Shown here: in pieces, positions 1-13,029 of the stretch | Numbering within the stretch: position 1 is the stretch's first letter | Layout of the letters: each line of letters starts with the position of its first letter | Source of the DNA: Octopus vulgaris | Taxonomy: Eukaryota | Direction: 5' to 3' | Length of the DNA: 64,000 bases | Assembly (NCBI GenBank): GCA_951406725.2 | Contig: OX597817.1 | Span: 73,966,001-74,030,000 of the forward strand | Notes under the pieces: model-generated | What the model was told of the DNA's origin: nothing | Database searches by the model: none | What the model saw: the letters and a program-made list of their open reading frames with translations, nothing else | Program-made: the position numbers and the translations under genes

Positions 1-1595
1 CATCTCCAAATAACCAGCAATCTGGAAGGAAGATATCCTAGTTTTACTATTTTTGTTTTTATGCCTCCTTCTTTGTATCTCCAATTTATCTACATCCTTT
101 ATATTTTACTCTTCCACTAATACGAATTTTCCTCTTCTTTATTTACAAAATCCTCAAATTGTACACTCATATTTAACTATAAATTCTAGCGACCGTTCTA
201 GTTCTTCTTTTATTCTAAAAGTTCACAAAGAACTAAACTTATGGCCATATGTCACGAATCATTTTAATTTTTATAAATATTAACTTTGATTTCTAATCCT
301 GTTTATAGTTATTTATTTAAGAAAGGTTTGTAAATGTAACTTGTTTTCTTAAAATAAAAAAAAAACACGCACTCACGTATACATGAAATTAAAATCGCTC
401 TATCTGGCGCGCGCGCACACACACACATTCATATGGTGCTGGTCTCTATCTACTCACTTTTTTGTATGACCATCTTGTGCATCAAAATTACAGATGTAAT
501 GGTTTTCAGTCAAGGAAGCCCGTAATGACAAAAGTATACAACAATATAAGATGTCCTCGATAGCGTAGACATTTAAATGAAAGATACAGTCAGACAGGTG
601 ACCGGATAATCAAACCTCGGTTGCATATACTATATCTTCTGTGTTACCAGGAGCGAGGAAACCGCAAAATTGGGGGTATTTCCATTTTCGTTACCTTTTA
701 CGCTATCTAAACTATCGGTACGCGAGGCCTCCTTTCTGTTTTCTGATCCCAAAACGATTTGGTTTTGATTTTTGCTTCTGAAACAAATCAAATTTATACA
801 AAAAATGATTGGGTGTATTAGTACTCGCACATCTATTTTATAATTTCACACGCTGTGTGAAACTGAATGTTCTTCACTAAATATTTCAAGCCGTTAAACG
901 AGCGAACACGCTAAAAGGCTTATGATGGTTAGAGACATAATTGTCGCAGTTTTTAAGTGATAGTATCATTCTCTTATTCACATATTTATGCATATACATG
1001 TACAAAAACTTAGGGCTGGCCGTTGACTCTTCTTCGTTCCTTTGCCCTTTAACATATTTTTACTTTTACCTTTGGGTGTTCACATATTATCCATCACACT
1101 GAGCAAGCTTGGTGGGGTTATCGGTTTAGTCACTGACGCTCTGACCATGAAAAGGTTTTCGCTTATATAGTTACCAGCTGCAGGTGTTTGTTTTTCATAT
1201 CTCTGACTTTACACACACACACAGTTTAGTAATCGCTCCGGCAGGATTTGAACTCAGAGTGCGAGGTCAATTTATACTGAGGTCAATTTATACTGAGGTC
1301 AACTTTGGCTTTCATCCTTTCAGAATCGATAAATAGAATATCAGTTTTGTATTTGAGCTGATTCTTCTCTTTCTCTAACTCTTTCGTTCTGTCTATCTCT
1401 CTCCACGAAGAAATCAATTGTAGTCAAGTTTGCACAAGGAAGGGTTCCACCAGATTTTTAAAATGTACACGACGTATCATATGTCTCGATAGCGTCCCTA
1501 CGACTCCATCAAAATATTTAGGGCCTATGGCAATTAGATGTTTTTGTGTGTCCGCACGCGTTTGTATCTATGTATATGTATGCAAGTATACAGTT

Positions 1596-1596
<1 letters not shown>

Positions 1597-1646
<50 letters not shown>

Positions 1647-1890
1647 CACTGCAACAGCGCATCGCTTCATCCACCATTTTTGGGATTCCCTACTCCTGGC
1701 AGACGACGTCTTTGCACTCCTCGGGAGACAAGCATCCAACCCATGAGTATCTTGTGGGTAGAAGTTGCTGGTGAGTGTTTTACGTGGTCAGAGTGCAAAT
1801 CCTACCTCATCTTCTTTAAGTCGCCTATTACAACATGTAGAGGAAACGTTGAATCTATTCTTTGACATGCAGGTTTCCACACAGCACAGT
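1597..1890 (-). mobile_element. Decayed RTE-like LINE 3' end with (CTA)n tail
   Basis: Minus-strand reading ...HKILMGW...RG..RRR.PGVGNPK/QKWW resembles the RTE C-terminal 'LxW.P.GKRxxGRP..RW' region and runs directly into a trinucleotide tail (1597-1645). Confidence 0.45.
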
Positions 1891-2099
1891 TGTGTGTGTG
1901 TATATGCGTGTACATATATATATATATATTATTTTAAAGCCCTTTTAACAATAACAACGAATTTTTTTTTTACTGAGGAAGAAACTGTGAGAGAAAAGAA
2001 TGAAATTAATTGTAAAGTTCGAGTTACCTGACTTTTCAGGTTTTGCCTAATGGCTAGCCCAACCTGTTGGATATTGCTGTTTATAAACTTGAATATTCA

Positions 2100-2449
2100 T
2101 TACCTCCGCCTTCGCTAAGGCGAAGTTATTGTTTTCATTTGTGTTTATTTGTCCGTGGATAAGATATCTCAAGAATGAAACCTTCAAGTACATTTGGCCT
2201 AGTGAGTGGCACGAATTGATTAGATTTTGGGGTCGATTCGGTACTGGACAAGGAATTCGGATTATTATTTTTTTGTTTTTTTATTTTACTTAATTTTGAA
2301 AGCGGCTGGGTTCATTTTTAATATTCTCATTTGAGAGAGCAGTTGAGATTATTTCAGATATTCTCATTTTAAAAATAATCCCTGGGTAATCGTTGAGGGG
2401 ACATTGGTGTGGCCTTGGCGGATGTTTGCGCTCTCTTAGTGCTCTTGTC
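2100..2449 (+). mobile_element. Helentron-associated non-autonomous element (HINE/DINE-1-like)
   Basis: 5' TTACCTCCGCC with a local hairpin partner AAGGCGAAGTT; 3' subterminal inverted copy GGCGGATGT, short hairpin GCGCT..AGTGC and CTTGT end. Confidence 0.65.
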
Positions 2450-3023
2450 ATATATTACGTGTATCTGTGTGTTTGTATACAGTCTATTCTAAAATTGCTT
2501 ATAATGCGTAATTGTCAAAGATTAATGTGACGTCTGATATGAAAAGATGGAAAGTCAGATAACGGAAAAGAACGAGAAGGAAAGATAAAACGATAAAAAC
2601 ATAGATCAAGAAAGTCAGAGATACAGTAAAAGAAAAGAGGTTTACTAATGGAGTAGTACATAGAAGTTTTTAAAGAAATAAATGCGATGACAGGGCGAAA
2701 AGTTGTATTATACGTACTTTTCCCCTTGTCTTTGCGTTATCTTTTCTGAAGATAACGGTTTGGTTGGAGTGTTGTGTCACGACGGTATGAACCAGCTTCA
2801 CCTTATTTCATCTGAAATAGCTGTCACCGCCAGTTATCAGCTTGAGGGTAAGTTCGTATGTACGTAAATGGGTATGTATATGTGTGTATTGGAGAAGGAA
2901 TATGTGTTGTGAGTGTAATTGTGTGTGGGTTTATTTGTGATATAAGAGGTGATAAAAGGAAAGAAAGAAAGAGACAAATGCCAGTGAGATTGTTAGTCTA
3001 AATGAATTGCTATGTATGATTTC

Positions 3024-3057
3024 CCTCTCTCTCTCTCTCTCTCTCTCGCACACACAC

Positions 3058-3136
<79 letters not shown>

Positions 3137-3233
3137 AGCAGGTACATGCACGCACACGTATACACATGCGCCCGCTCAGTAATGGATATCTGCATTCGTA
3201 TCTGTGTACGTTTATGTGTTCGTGTGTGTGTAT

Positions 3234-3329
<96 letters not shown>

Positions 3330-3385
3330 GTACGTATGTATGTATGTATTTATGTATGTGTGTGTATGGTGGTGGTGGTGGTGTT
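3024..3385. repeat. Compound microsatellite (CT)n(CA)n...(TA)n(TG)n(TA)n
   Basis: Directly visible. Confidence 0.95.
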
Positions 3386-3667
3386 TGTTATAGGCGAGCC
3401 GATAGATGATATCTTTATAAGGAGTGTTACTAACAATTAGCAACGTTTCATTCAACTTGAGTCAAGCAAAACAAAGCATTTCTAGGATCCGCAAAGTATA
3501 ATTCGTTACTCTTACTAAGTTTATACTCTGAGGATTCTGACGAGTTTTTACTTCTCTTCAAGTGAAATAGTTTGCAACTTGCTAATAACTCTCGAAATAA
3601 AATTTTTTTATTCTGAAGTCAAACGCATTATTTATTTATTTATTTTTCTTAAAATGATGACTTATCT

Positions 3668-4160
3668 TAAGGCAGCATGCTGGCAGAAACGTTAGTACGC
3701 CGGGCGAAATGCTTATTGGTATTTCGTCTGCCGCTACGTTCTGAGTTCAAATTCCGCCGAGGTCGACTTTGTCTTTCATCCTTTCGGGGTCGATTAAATA
3801 AGTACCAGTTACGCACTGCGGTCGATATAATCGACTTAATCCGTTTGTCTGTCCTTGTTTGTCCTCTCTGTGTTTAGCCCCTTGTGGGTAATAAAGAAAT
3901 AGGTATTTCGTCTGCCGCTACGTTCTGAGTTCAAATTCCGCCGAGGTCGACTTTGCCTTTCATCCTTTCGGGGTCGATTAAATAAGTACCAGTTACGCAC
4001 TGCGGTCGATATAATCGATTTAATCCGTTTGTCTGTCCTTGTTTGTCCTCTCTGTGTTTAGCCCCTTGTGGGTAGTAAAGAAATCGGTATTTCATCTGTC
4101 TATACGTTCTGAGTTCAAATGCTGCCGAGCTTGGCTTTACCTTACATCCTTTCGGCAGAT
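3668..4160 (+). mobile_element. SINE family B (tRNA-like head, Nin-like central domain) as a 184-bp tandem multimer
   Basis: Head TGGCAGAAACGTTAG...GAGTTCAAATTCC (box B); central GCCTTTCATCCTTTCGGGGTCGATTAAATAAGTACCAG; units start at 3718, 3902 and 4086. Confidence 0.85.
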
Positions 4161-4544
4161 ACATGTTAAATATTTTCTTAAAGCTTTCGGGAAACATGCC
4201 CAAGCATGGATTTTCTCGGTATGATGAGTGTTTCACCTCTTTTCTGAGGTATGCACGTCCGGCTGATTTTGGGTTGTATGGGAGGTCATCGGGAAGAGAG
4301 TACTTCCTGAAAAGCTCAATCCAACACGTAGGACATTGTGTTCTTCACTTTTCAGCACTAAGTTGATGTATTAATTTTTGTTGCTGTTGTTTAGCAAGTG
4401 CTGTCTGAGAGAGACCATGTGACATTCAAAGGTTGTCTGCACTTGAAACCCAAACCTCCTTTATCACTGTCGATATCACTATTTTTATGGAGATTTCCAG
4501 TTGATGTTTGGATTTTGCGGGTTTTAATGTTTATATTTTTTATA

Positions 4545-4746
4545 TTTTATCTTTTACTTGTTTCAGCCATTAGACTGTGGCCATGTTAGAGCACCGCCTT
4601 GAATTTTTAGACGAATGAATTGACCCCAGTATTTATTTTTTAAGCCTGGTACTTATTCTATCGGTCTTTTAGTCGAAGCGCTAAGTTACGGGGACGTAAA
4701 CACACCACACCGATTGACAAGCAGTGATACAAAGACACACAAATAA

Positions 4747-4800
<54 letters not shown>

Positions 4801-5103
4801 TTGTTTTATATAAAGACTTGTTTTATTTATATTTCCTGAGCGCCATACTAATACAATTGTTCGTTTGTTTTCCACCTGCCTTCGTCTTTTGTTTATTTTC
4901 ATAAAGCTTCCCGTTATATATATATATATATATATATACGACAAGCTTCTTTCAGTTTCTGTCTACCAAATCCACTCACAAGGCTTCGGTCTGCCCGCGG
5001 CTATAGTGGAAGACACTTGCCGAAGGTGACTCGCAGTGGGACTGAACCCGAAACCATGTAATTGGGAAGCAAGCTTCTTACCGCACAGCCACTCCTGCGC
5101 CTA
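4545..5103 (-). mobile_element. SINE family A (tRNA-like head, internal microsatellite, 3' domain) with a foreign insert in its (TA)n
   Basis: Minus-strand head GGCGCAGGAGTGGCTGTGCGGTAAGAAGCTTGC...GGTTCAGTCCC; homologous to the copies at 8200, 22920, 44980, 49235, 50105 and 57840; unrelated insert at 4800-4915. Confidence 0.85.
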
Positions 5104-5300
5104 TAGGGTAAATTTCTTCTACAGTCCAGTCAAGTGTCCCAAATATTGAAATCCGCACAGGTATTGCAAATGCATTGTAGTATGATATTGTCTAGTTGTA
5201 AGAGGGCAGTTCAGACCGCCATATTTTTCTTAATCTGGTGTATGTATGTATGTAAGAATGTGTCTGTGTGTGTTTATATATACTGTATATATGCGTGTGT

Positions 5301-5305
<5 letters not shown>

Positions 5306-5388
<83 letters not shown>

Positions 5389-5459
5389 ATGTATGTATGT
5401 ATGTATGTATGTATGTATGTATGTATGTATGTATGTATGTATGTATGTATGTATGTATA
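5306..5459. repeat. (CT)n(TA)n(TATG)n microsatellite
   Basis: Directly visible. Confidence 0.95.
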
Positions 5460-5994
5460 CTGACAGAGATGTGCATTTAGCCGTTTAACGCAAACAGACG
5501 AGCATAAAAAATAAGCAAAGAAAGGCAACAGAAATACTGGTCGCCACCAAAGAAGAAAATTCTAAATAAGAAACCTAACTTGAAATTTTATAATTTCAAA
5601 AGATGGGTTCCTGTGGCGGTGCTCCAACGGTAGTTTTCAACTTTGCGCAGTCAATTTAATACTAAGTATGCAAATTATATATATGTATAAATACTCACAA
5701 ACATATTTATATACAGACAAAGGAATGCATATACGTGTGTGTATGGAGAGATAAGAGATAACTCAATTAAACGACCACCGCTGTTATATAAACAATTATC
5801 ATTCTTGCAAAGAAACTTTCTATTGGATTTAGTTGCTTATAAGTTGCAAAACATACAGAAAAATATCCTTCGGAGCATATTTACTTTTACAGTAAGAGTA
5901 TATTTCACCGTAGTTATACATACATACATACATGCATACATACATAGGTGTGTGTGCGTGTGTATATATATGCATATGTATTTATAGATGCATT

Positions 5995-6077
5995 CATATA
6001 TGTGTATATATATATATGTATGTAAATATTGTATATATATATATATTGTACATATATATACGTACATATATAATATA

Positions 6078-6121
<44 letters not shown>

Positions 6122-6126
6122 TATAT

Positions 6127-6199
<73 letters not shown>

Positions 6200-6345
6200 T
6201 GCATTTATATATACATGTATCAATGCACATACACATACTAAATGTATAAGCATGTTTTGAAGCATGTGTGCGCGTACCAACACGTGTGTGTGTGTGTGTG
6301 CGTGTGTGTGTGTGCGTGTGTGTGTGTGTGCGTGTGTGTGTGCGC
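5995..6345. repeat. (TA)n / (TG)n microsatellite field
   Basis: Directly visible. Confidence 0.9.
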
Positions 6346-6501
6346 GCATGTGTGGCTGGGTAACAATTGTTACTCTACATATCTAAAACTAAATATTTTT
6401 TCTAGAATCATACTTTTCCATATGGACTATGTTTAGCTTTTTTTTTATTCTGCCTTTTGCTTGTTTTATATATATATACATACATACACACACACACACA
6501 C

Positions 6502-6563
<62 letters not shown>

Positions 6564-7156
6564 TTACATGATGCGTGGATAACACACTTAGCACTGTGAG
6601 ATAACTTCTTACGAAAGAAAATCAACACCTCACTTCCCAGTAGGAAACGTTGATGTAATTGATACAGAATTAAATTTTCTATATATATTTAAAGCAAAAA
6701 AAGACAAAAGAACCCACAGAGTCCAAGACCTTAAATTTTGGTAATCTAATCTCTTTGCCGTTGTGCTATTTCCTTGTTACCATTTATGTGTGTGTATGTG
6801 TGTGTCTGTGTGTGCGTGTGCGTGTGCGTGTGTGTGCATATTGTGTATACCTAATGTTTCTTTATATGAGTTTCTAGTTATATATGTATGCATGAAATAA
6901 GAGATAAGAAAAAAGATATACATGCGTATGTGTATGAGTGTGTGTGTGTGTGTGTGCGCGCGCGTGCGTATGTATGTATATATATAAATATTTATATATA
7001 TCTATATGATTTGTTAATTAATTAATAAATTAATCTGTATCCATTGGATCTCTTCGTTTTCCTACTTAATAATATCATATATATATATATATATATATAT
7101 AAATATGTGTGTGTGAAGTATATATATATATATGTATGTATATGTATGTATGTATG

Positions 7157-7241
<85 letters not shown>

Positions 7242-8199
7242 CACCTTCTTTATTTGTTGACGATTATAGGCGATTAAATCGCCCCCAGCTGGGCTACAAT
7301 ATTATGTACGCTTACCAGCTCATTAACAACGAATGGTCGTACGCATTATTGAGCCAACTTTCATCATCTATTTTGTGTACAAGCCTACAAAACATACTTA
7401 TAAGTGCGCCCCCCCCCATACACACACACGCACATACACGTACATACACACATATATATACATGCACACACATCCTTTCCTTGCTGTCTGCTCGTACTTC
7501 CGGTAGTAATAACTAAAATCACTTCCATAACTTTTCCAGGTCATTAAATTTATGACTGTTGCATGTGGACAGCAAAGGATATACAAATTTCCATAAATCC
7601 ATATCTATTCGTATGTCTCCATCTGTCATTCACATATACCCTTTCAGCTAAGATTATATATTTTCATTAAATTAAATTAATATTTACAATAGTTATAACC
7701 TCATTCTTTATGTTTCGTGTGTGTGTGTGTGTGTGTGTGTGCACGCTTGTATGTGTGTGCGTGCGTGTGTGTGTTAACTTTAATCGCTTAAGCTACCTAC
7801 ACTCGATATCGTTTAAATCAGCATTGATATACTTTCATAAGCTATCGGTTTCCTTCTAAATCTTTTATCGATATAAAATTATACAATCTATAAGACCAAT
7901 ACTTATTTGTATACTACATTATTCTAAGTCTGTTTACTTAGTGAAGCAGTGAAAATTATGTATACTGGCCGATTTCCAGAGAATGAAATATATATATTTC
8001 CTTAATTTTTGTTACCTTATATACATGAGTGAAGCCATGCATGTATATTACATGTTGTAGTCCACAGCGTTGTACCTAGGTGACTGAAATGTTGTATAAA
8101 GGTATATCTTAGTTAAGAGTATGTCCTACACCATGTTACTTTTTCCGACATTTGTTCCGTTGAGCTTCGAACAAAGAAGCTAATAATATATTAACATAT

Positions 8200-8373
8200 T
8201 AGGAGTGACTGTGTGGTGAGTAGCTTGCTTACTTACCACATGTTTCCGGATTCAGTCCCACTGCGTGCCATATTGGGCAAGTGTCTTCTACTTTCGCCTC
8301 GGCCGACCAAAGCCTTGAGAGTGGATTTGGTAGACGGAAACTGAAAGAAATCCATCGTATATATGTGTGTATG

Positions 8374-8452
<79 letters not shown>

Positions 8453-8479
8453 GTGTGTGTGTGTGTGTATATATGTGTG

Positions 8480-8529
<50 letters not shown>

Positions 8530-8748
8530 TGTATATGTATATATATATATGTATATGTGTGTGTGTGTATGTTTGTGTGTCTGTGTTTGTCCCCATCTCC
8601 AACATCACTTGACGACCGATGCTGGTGTGTCTACATCCCCATAACTTAGCGGTTTGGCAAAAGAGACAGATAGAATAAGCACTAGGCTTACAAAGAATAA
8701 GTCCTGGAGTCGATTTTCTCGACTAAAGGCGGTACTCCAGCATGGCAC
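8200..8748 (+). mobile_element. SINE family A copy
   Basis: Head, GGATTTGGTAGACGGAAACTGAAAGAA core, expanded TA/TG repeat, then the TAACTTAGCGG...GGCGGTACTCCAGCATGG tail. Confidence 0.85.
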
Positions 8749-8784
8749 CACCTGATAGAATTAGCTAAATCCTTTTAAAGTCAA

Positions 8785-9845
8785 GTTTTTAAGTATCATG
8801 GTCCATTCTAGTAGGGAATTCTTGTTGAGTGAATTTTATCCAGGTATAGATGGCTTATCTGATATTCCTTGAAGAAATTCGTCCTGATTCCATTTAAAAG
8901 TGTTGGGATCCTTTTCCTCTTTGGTCTGTTTCGGGACAATGTTAAATAGGGCAGGGCCTGTTGAAGAAAAGAAACTGTATCGCAGTGTATTTGTATTGTG
9001 ATCCTGAATTATGTTGGGGACGTATGACCCGTGTTCCTAGCCTTAGATGAATTTTGAAGCTAATGTTGAAGTTGTTTGTGCAATGCTGGTGTACATTCTC
9101 CACATCGTGCAACTGATGTATCATTCACGGCGGTGCTGGAGAGAATAGAGTTTCGATGCTTTAAGGCCATCCCAATAATTGAGATCAGTTATGCTCTTAA
9201 TTCAGTTTTCAAAATGTTTTGTTTTGTATGGGGAGACTACAGAGGGCAGTAGTATTCGAGGCGTGGCCGTACAAATGAGGAGAAAAGAGGAATGATGACA
9301 CCTTGTTCTCTGGACTGGAAAGTTCTTAGGATCCAGGAGCTCATCCTACGAGCTATATCGACCTGATTGTTGATGTGGGCACTCCAGCTGAAACTGTTAT
9401 CAACAATTACTCCTAGGCCTCTGATATTATTAGATGCTGTGAGTGGTTCCCCTGAAGGAAGAGAGTGTGACTGTCTTAGCATAGTCATTCTTCCAAAATG
9501 CATCAGCTCAAATGTTCCCTCGTTTAGTTACATTTTGTTTTTGTCTGCCCATTGACTCACAGCATATAGATCAGATTGGAGTTCAGTTCGGTCTTCTTCA
9601 TTGATAATTTTTTTGGAGCTTAGAGTCATCAGCGAATATTTTCACTTTGCTGTGTTTTATGACGCTGGAAAGGTCGTTTATATAGACTATGAAGAGAAGT
9701 GGACCCAAGACAGTCCCCTGAGGAACATCACTGGTGACTTATGCTGGGCTTGAGTGGATTCCGCCGATCACAACAAGTATTCTGTCCTCCAAGAAATACT
9801 CAATACAGTGTAGTAGTTTTCCACGGATTCAAACATTTGACAATA
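8785..9845 (-). pseudogene. Decayed CR1-group LINE reverse transcriptase (5'-truncated)
   Basis: Minus translation [19 protein letters not shown]...KIFADDSKL...LQSDL..V..WA..N...LGVIVD...W..HI...FVRPRLEY; several stops and frameshifts. Confidence 0.9.
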
Positions 9846-10899
9846 CGTTTGTATGTAGTAATAACACTGGATTAAGGTAGAAAAACAAACAAGCGGACTA
9901 ACGAACAAAAACCATGAAAAGTATTAGATTAAAACGATAAAATATTTTAGATAATCGTATTTTAGATAACCGTTTTTTAATCCGTATATACTGACAATTT
10001 AATTGCTGTTGTCCAGAAAATAACTAGAAAGGTAATGTTATTGATATTGTTTTACTCCATCCAGAACAGTCTTGACGGAGAGAGATTTTTTTATGAGTAG
10101 GTGGTCGGCCGAGAGACTAGATGCTATCCTTCGATTTCAAGCTCTGGGTACACCATACCACCGTTTGATTTCAGGCTCGCTTAGGACTGTGAGGCTCAAA
10201 AGCTTGCTTCATAACTATGTAATTGCGGTTTCTCCTCGCTTTGCAGCACCTCGATTTATTGTCTTCTACCATATACGGGTTTCCAAAAGCTTTGGGATTG
10301 AAATTTTTTGTACGTTAGTTCTGTGGAAACTCACTGTATGGTGTATTCTTTTTCTTTGAGTTATTTCACAACCACCGGCGCGCGAAGCGCTCCTCACGAA
10401 CACCAGTTTTTGAGATGGTTGCGATATATAAACTGAGTAGGGAACCGGAAAGTGATGTATGAAAACGCAATGCACATGTGCATACTGGATTCGTAAAACG
10501 GAAGAGAAAAATAAAAACGCAATGCGTGTGTCAAAATAAAATGGAAGAGAACAATAAACACAGAATGCGAATGTCTAACAAGTTATATGGTGGTCTGCAT
10601 GCCAAATCTGACAACCATTATCATGCAACTTTGCAGCGATTTTCTGTTGATTTTTTTAATTCTTACTCTTCCCACAGTCTCCAGAAATTTGTCATCCTTG
10701 CTCTCTTTTCATCGCTTTTTAATTATCACAGAATGTAAATGAAGAACTAATAAATTAGTACTCATCGAACGAAGTCCTTTCCGATATTTGTTTTGTGCCA
10801 AGTTGTACAGACATGCTCTTGTTATTACCGTCAGAAAAGTAGTGAATCAGTGGTTGGTCGTTACAAATTAGTAGCCAACGACGCTATTGCTTACTGATT

Positions 10900-11290
10900 G
10901 TCAAATAAAATGAATAAAATACATCTTGGGTATGTGTTGTTGTTCCCATTGCCCTGCCTGTACAGTTTGACAGTACACAAATCAGTGGTATTTTCAGTAG
11001 CATTGCAAGGCTAAACATCTAAAATTATCCAAATGTTGGACTTGAAAGTTCTCCAGAGTCACTGTCAATACTCAGATAAATTTCTTCAGTTTAATGTGTC
11101 TGAAAGAGTAACTCGAAGAAATGCTGCTGTGACATTATTTTGCTAAGAGCATCAATATTAAATCAAACAAGACCGAGGATGAGTTTGTCTGGCATCCAAA
11201 GTATAGTCAGGCACTCACAGTACTCCTATGATTGGATAGTGTAATGGAGATCTTGCATGTCACAGCTCTGCAAGCTCAGTCATTCTACTT
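10900..11290 (-). pseudogene. Possible highly decayed piggyBac-type transposase fragment
   Basis: Minus-strand pieces FNIDALSKIMSQQHFFELL, LDNFRC and QHIPK occur in the order expected for the piggyBac 'MSRNRF..L ... QYIPNKP' motifs; many stops. Confidence 0.3.
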
Positions 11291-13029
11291 GCAATCAAAT
11301 TTTTATATTACTTCCATTAAAAATAGAAAGGTAACATTAAATAACGTAAACCTAGATACAGCATGTCTGAAAAACAAAGATGGGATGTTCAAAACCGGAA
11401 ATCCTATCACCAGATCGTTCAACCTGAGATAAACATTGATAATAAGATTTAATTACTAATTGGCTAGATATCATCGGGTACAAAAATAATACCCTGTGAT
11501 CTGCTGAAAGAATCCCTAAATATTACACTGTTTGAAAAAGAAAAATGGGATGATTAGGACTGGCACACCTCTTAATAACAAGTTCTGCTCACTGAGTAGA
11601 AATCATTTATTACAAAAGTAATGTTCCATTAATTATTAGTGGAATCCCTCAAGAATGGAAAAGATACACATTTTAGGGTAGGGTGTGTGAAATTCACTCC
11701 GTTATTTGATTGCAACCTTATGTTAGTTGAAAAGAATGAAAGAAGATAACAACGGCTGAAAATTTAAAAAAATGTAACTAAAAATCCGTAGAGAATGTTT
11801 TGTCGTCGAATAAATGATTCGACCAACTCATCGTCCTTTCTTGGACAAATATCACGAACATATCAATATTAACAGCTAGTTACAAAACCTGTAAAAACTT
11901 ACAGACAATATAAATAGTCAGATGAAAATAATTCAACATAGACTATGTCAATGCACATAACAAAATAGTAATACGCTTACAGCACTGACATATCCTTTGT
12001 TCAGAAAATATTTGCCTGTTTCTTTTGATTTTTTGATTTTCTTTTCTAAATTCCGGAATAGCTTAGAATATTGTTCAAAGAATTGATTAAAATAAATTGA
12101 TAAAAATAAAACGATTTCTATTTCCGCCTATTGACTGTAAGTCTTATCAGAGAAACTTCAATTTAAACGTTTTTCTTCTCTGTCGGATCAAAAACGTTCT
12201 CATTCTTTCTTCGTTTGTTCAACAGCTTTTCTCCTTTCTTTTTCTTAGTATTAGCATGCTGTGTGAATACAAAAGTTTTAAAAGTATGCATTTATTTATT
12301 CATTTTTTTTTAAATTAGTTGTTTTATTTTCTAAGTTGCGAAGACAAATGTCTAGAACCGAAATGAAGACTACAAAATAAAATGAATCCACAGTTAATTT
12401 TACGATTGCAGCTGTGATTTTTTTTATTTTGTATTTCTTCTAAGGAAAGGCATTAGACAGCACCAAATCTCTCAATTTTTGACCGCTTAATTAAATTTAA
12501 TACTTCATATCTATCACGTAATGTCAACGAGAAAGCTACTTCACTGTATCTTCCTTGAGTTGCTATGACTTCAAGTCAGTTAATGCCAAGATGCAATCAA
12601 AAATGGATATGCTTTTAAGAAATGCATAATTGAAACAATTTTCAATGGACTAATTACTTAAACAATCTTGAATTTTCTATTTGGGTTTTGTTTTGATAAG
12701 ACTTCTAAAAATCTGTTTTAGTTGTTTAACGGAATACGTCTTCCCATGCGAAATTCAGCTGTAATAATGTTTATATTCGTAGCTAATAGGAAGTAGATTT
12801 AAAAAACATTTCGATAAGATAGTTTCTGTAATACATGTATTAAATGATTTAATAATTTTGAATATAGATTTTTTACAGAAAATTTTTCTAACTAAAGCAT
12901 GATATTGATTAGCAGAATAGAAAAAAAAGGTGATTAATTGAAATCCATTAATCACCTTGTTCTCGGTATTAACAAAAAGAAAAATATATTTTAAACGGAA
13001 TCACATATGGTAAAATATTTAATGAAAGA

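Noticed and set aside
3718-4160. CRISPR-like array
   Set aside because: The units are whole-length repeats of a SINE with no unique spacers and no cas genes, in a eukaryotic context.
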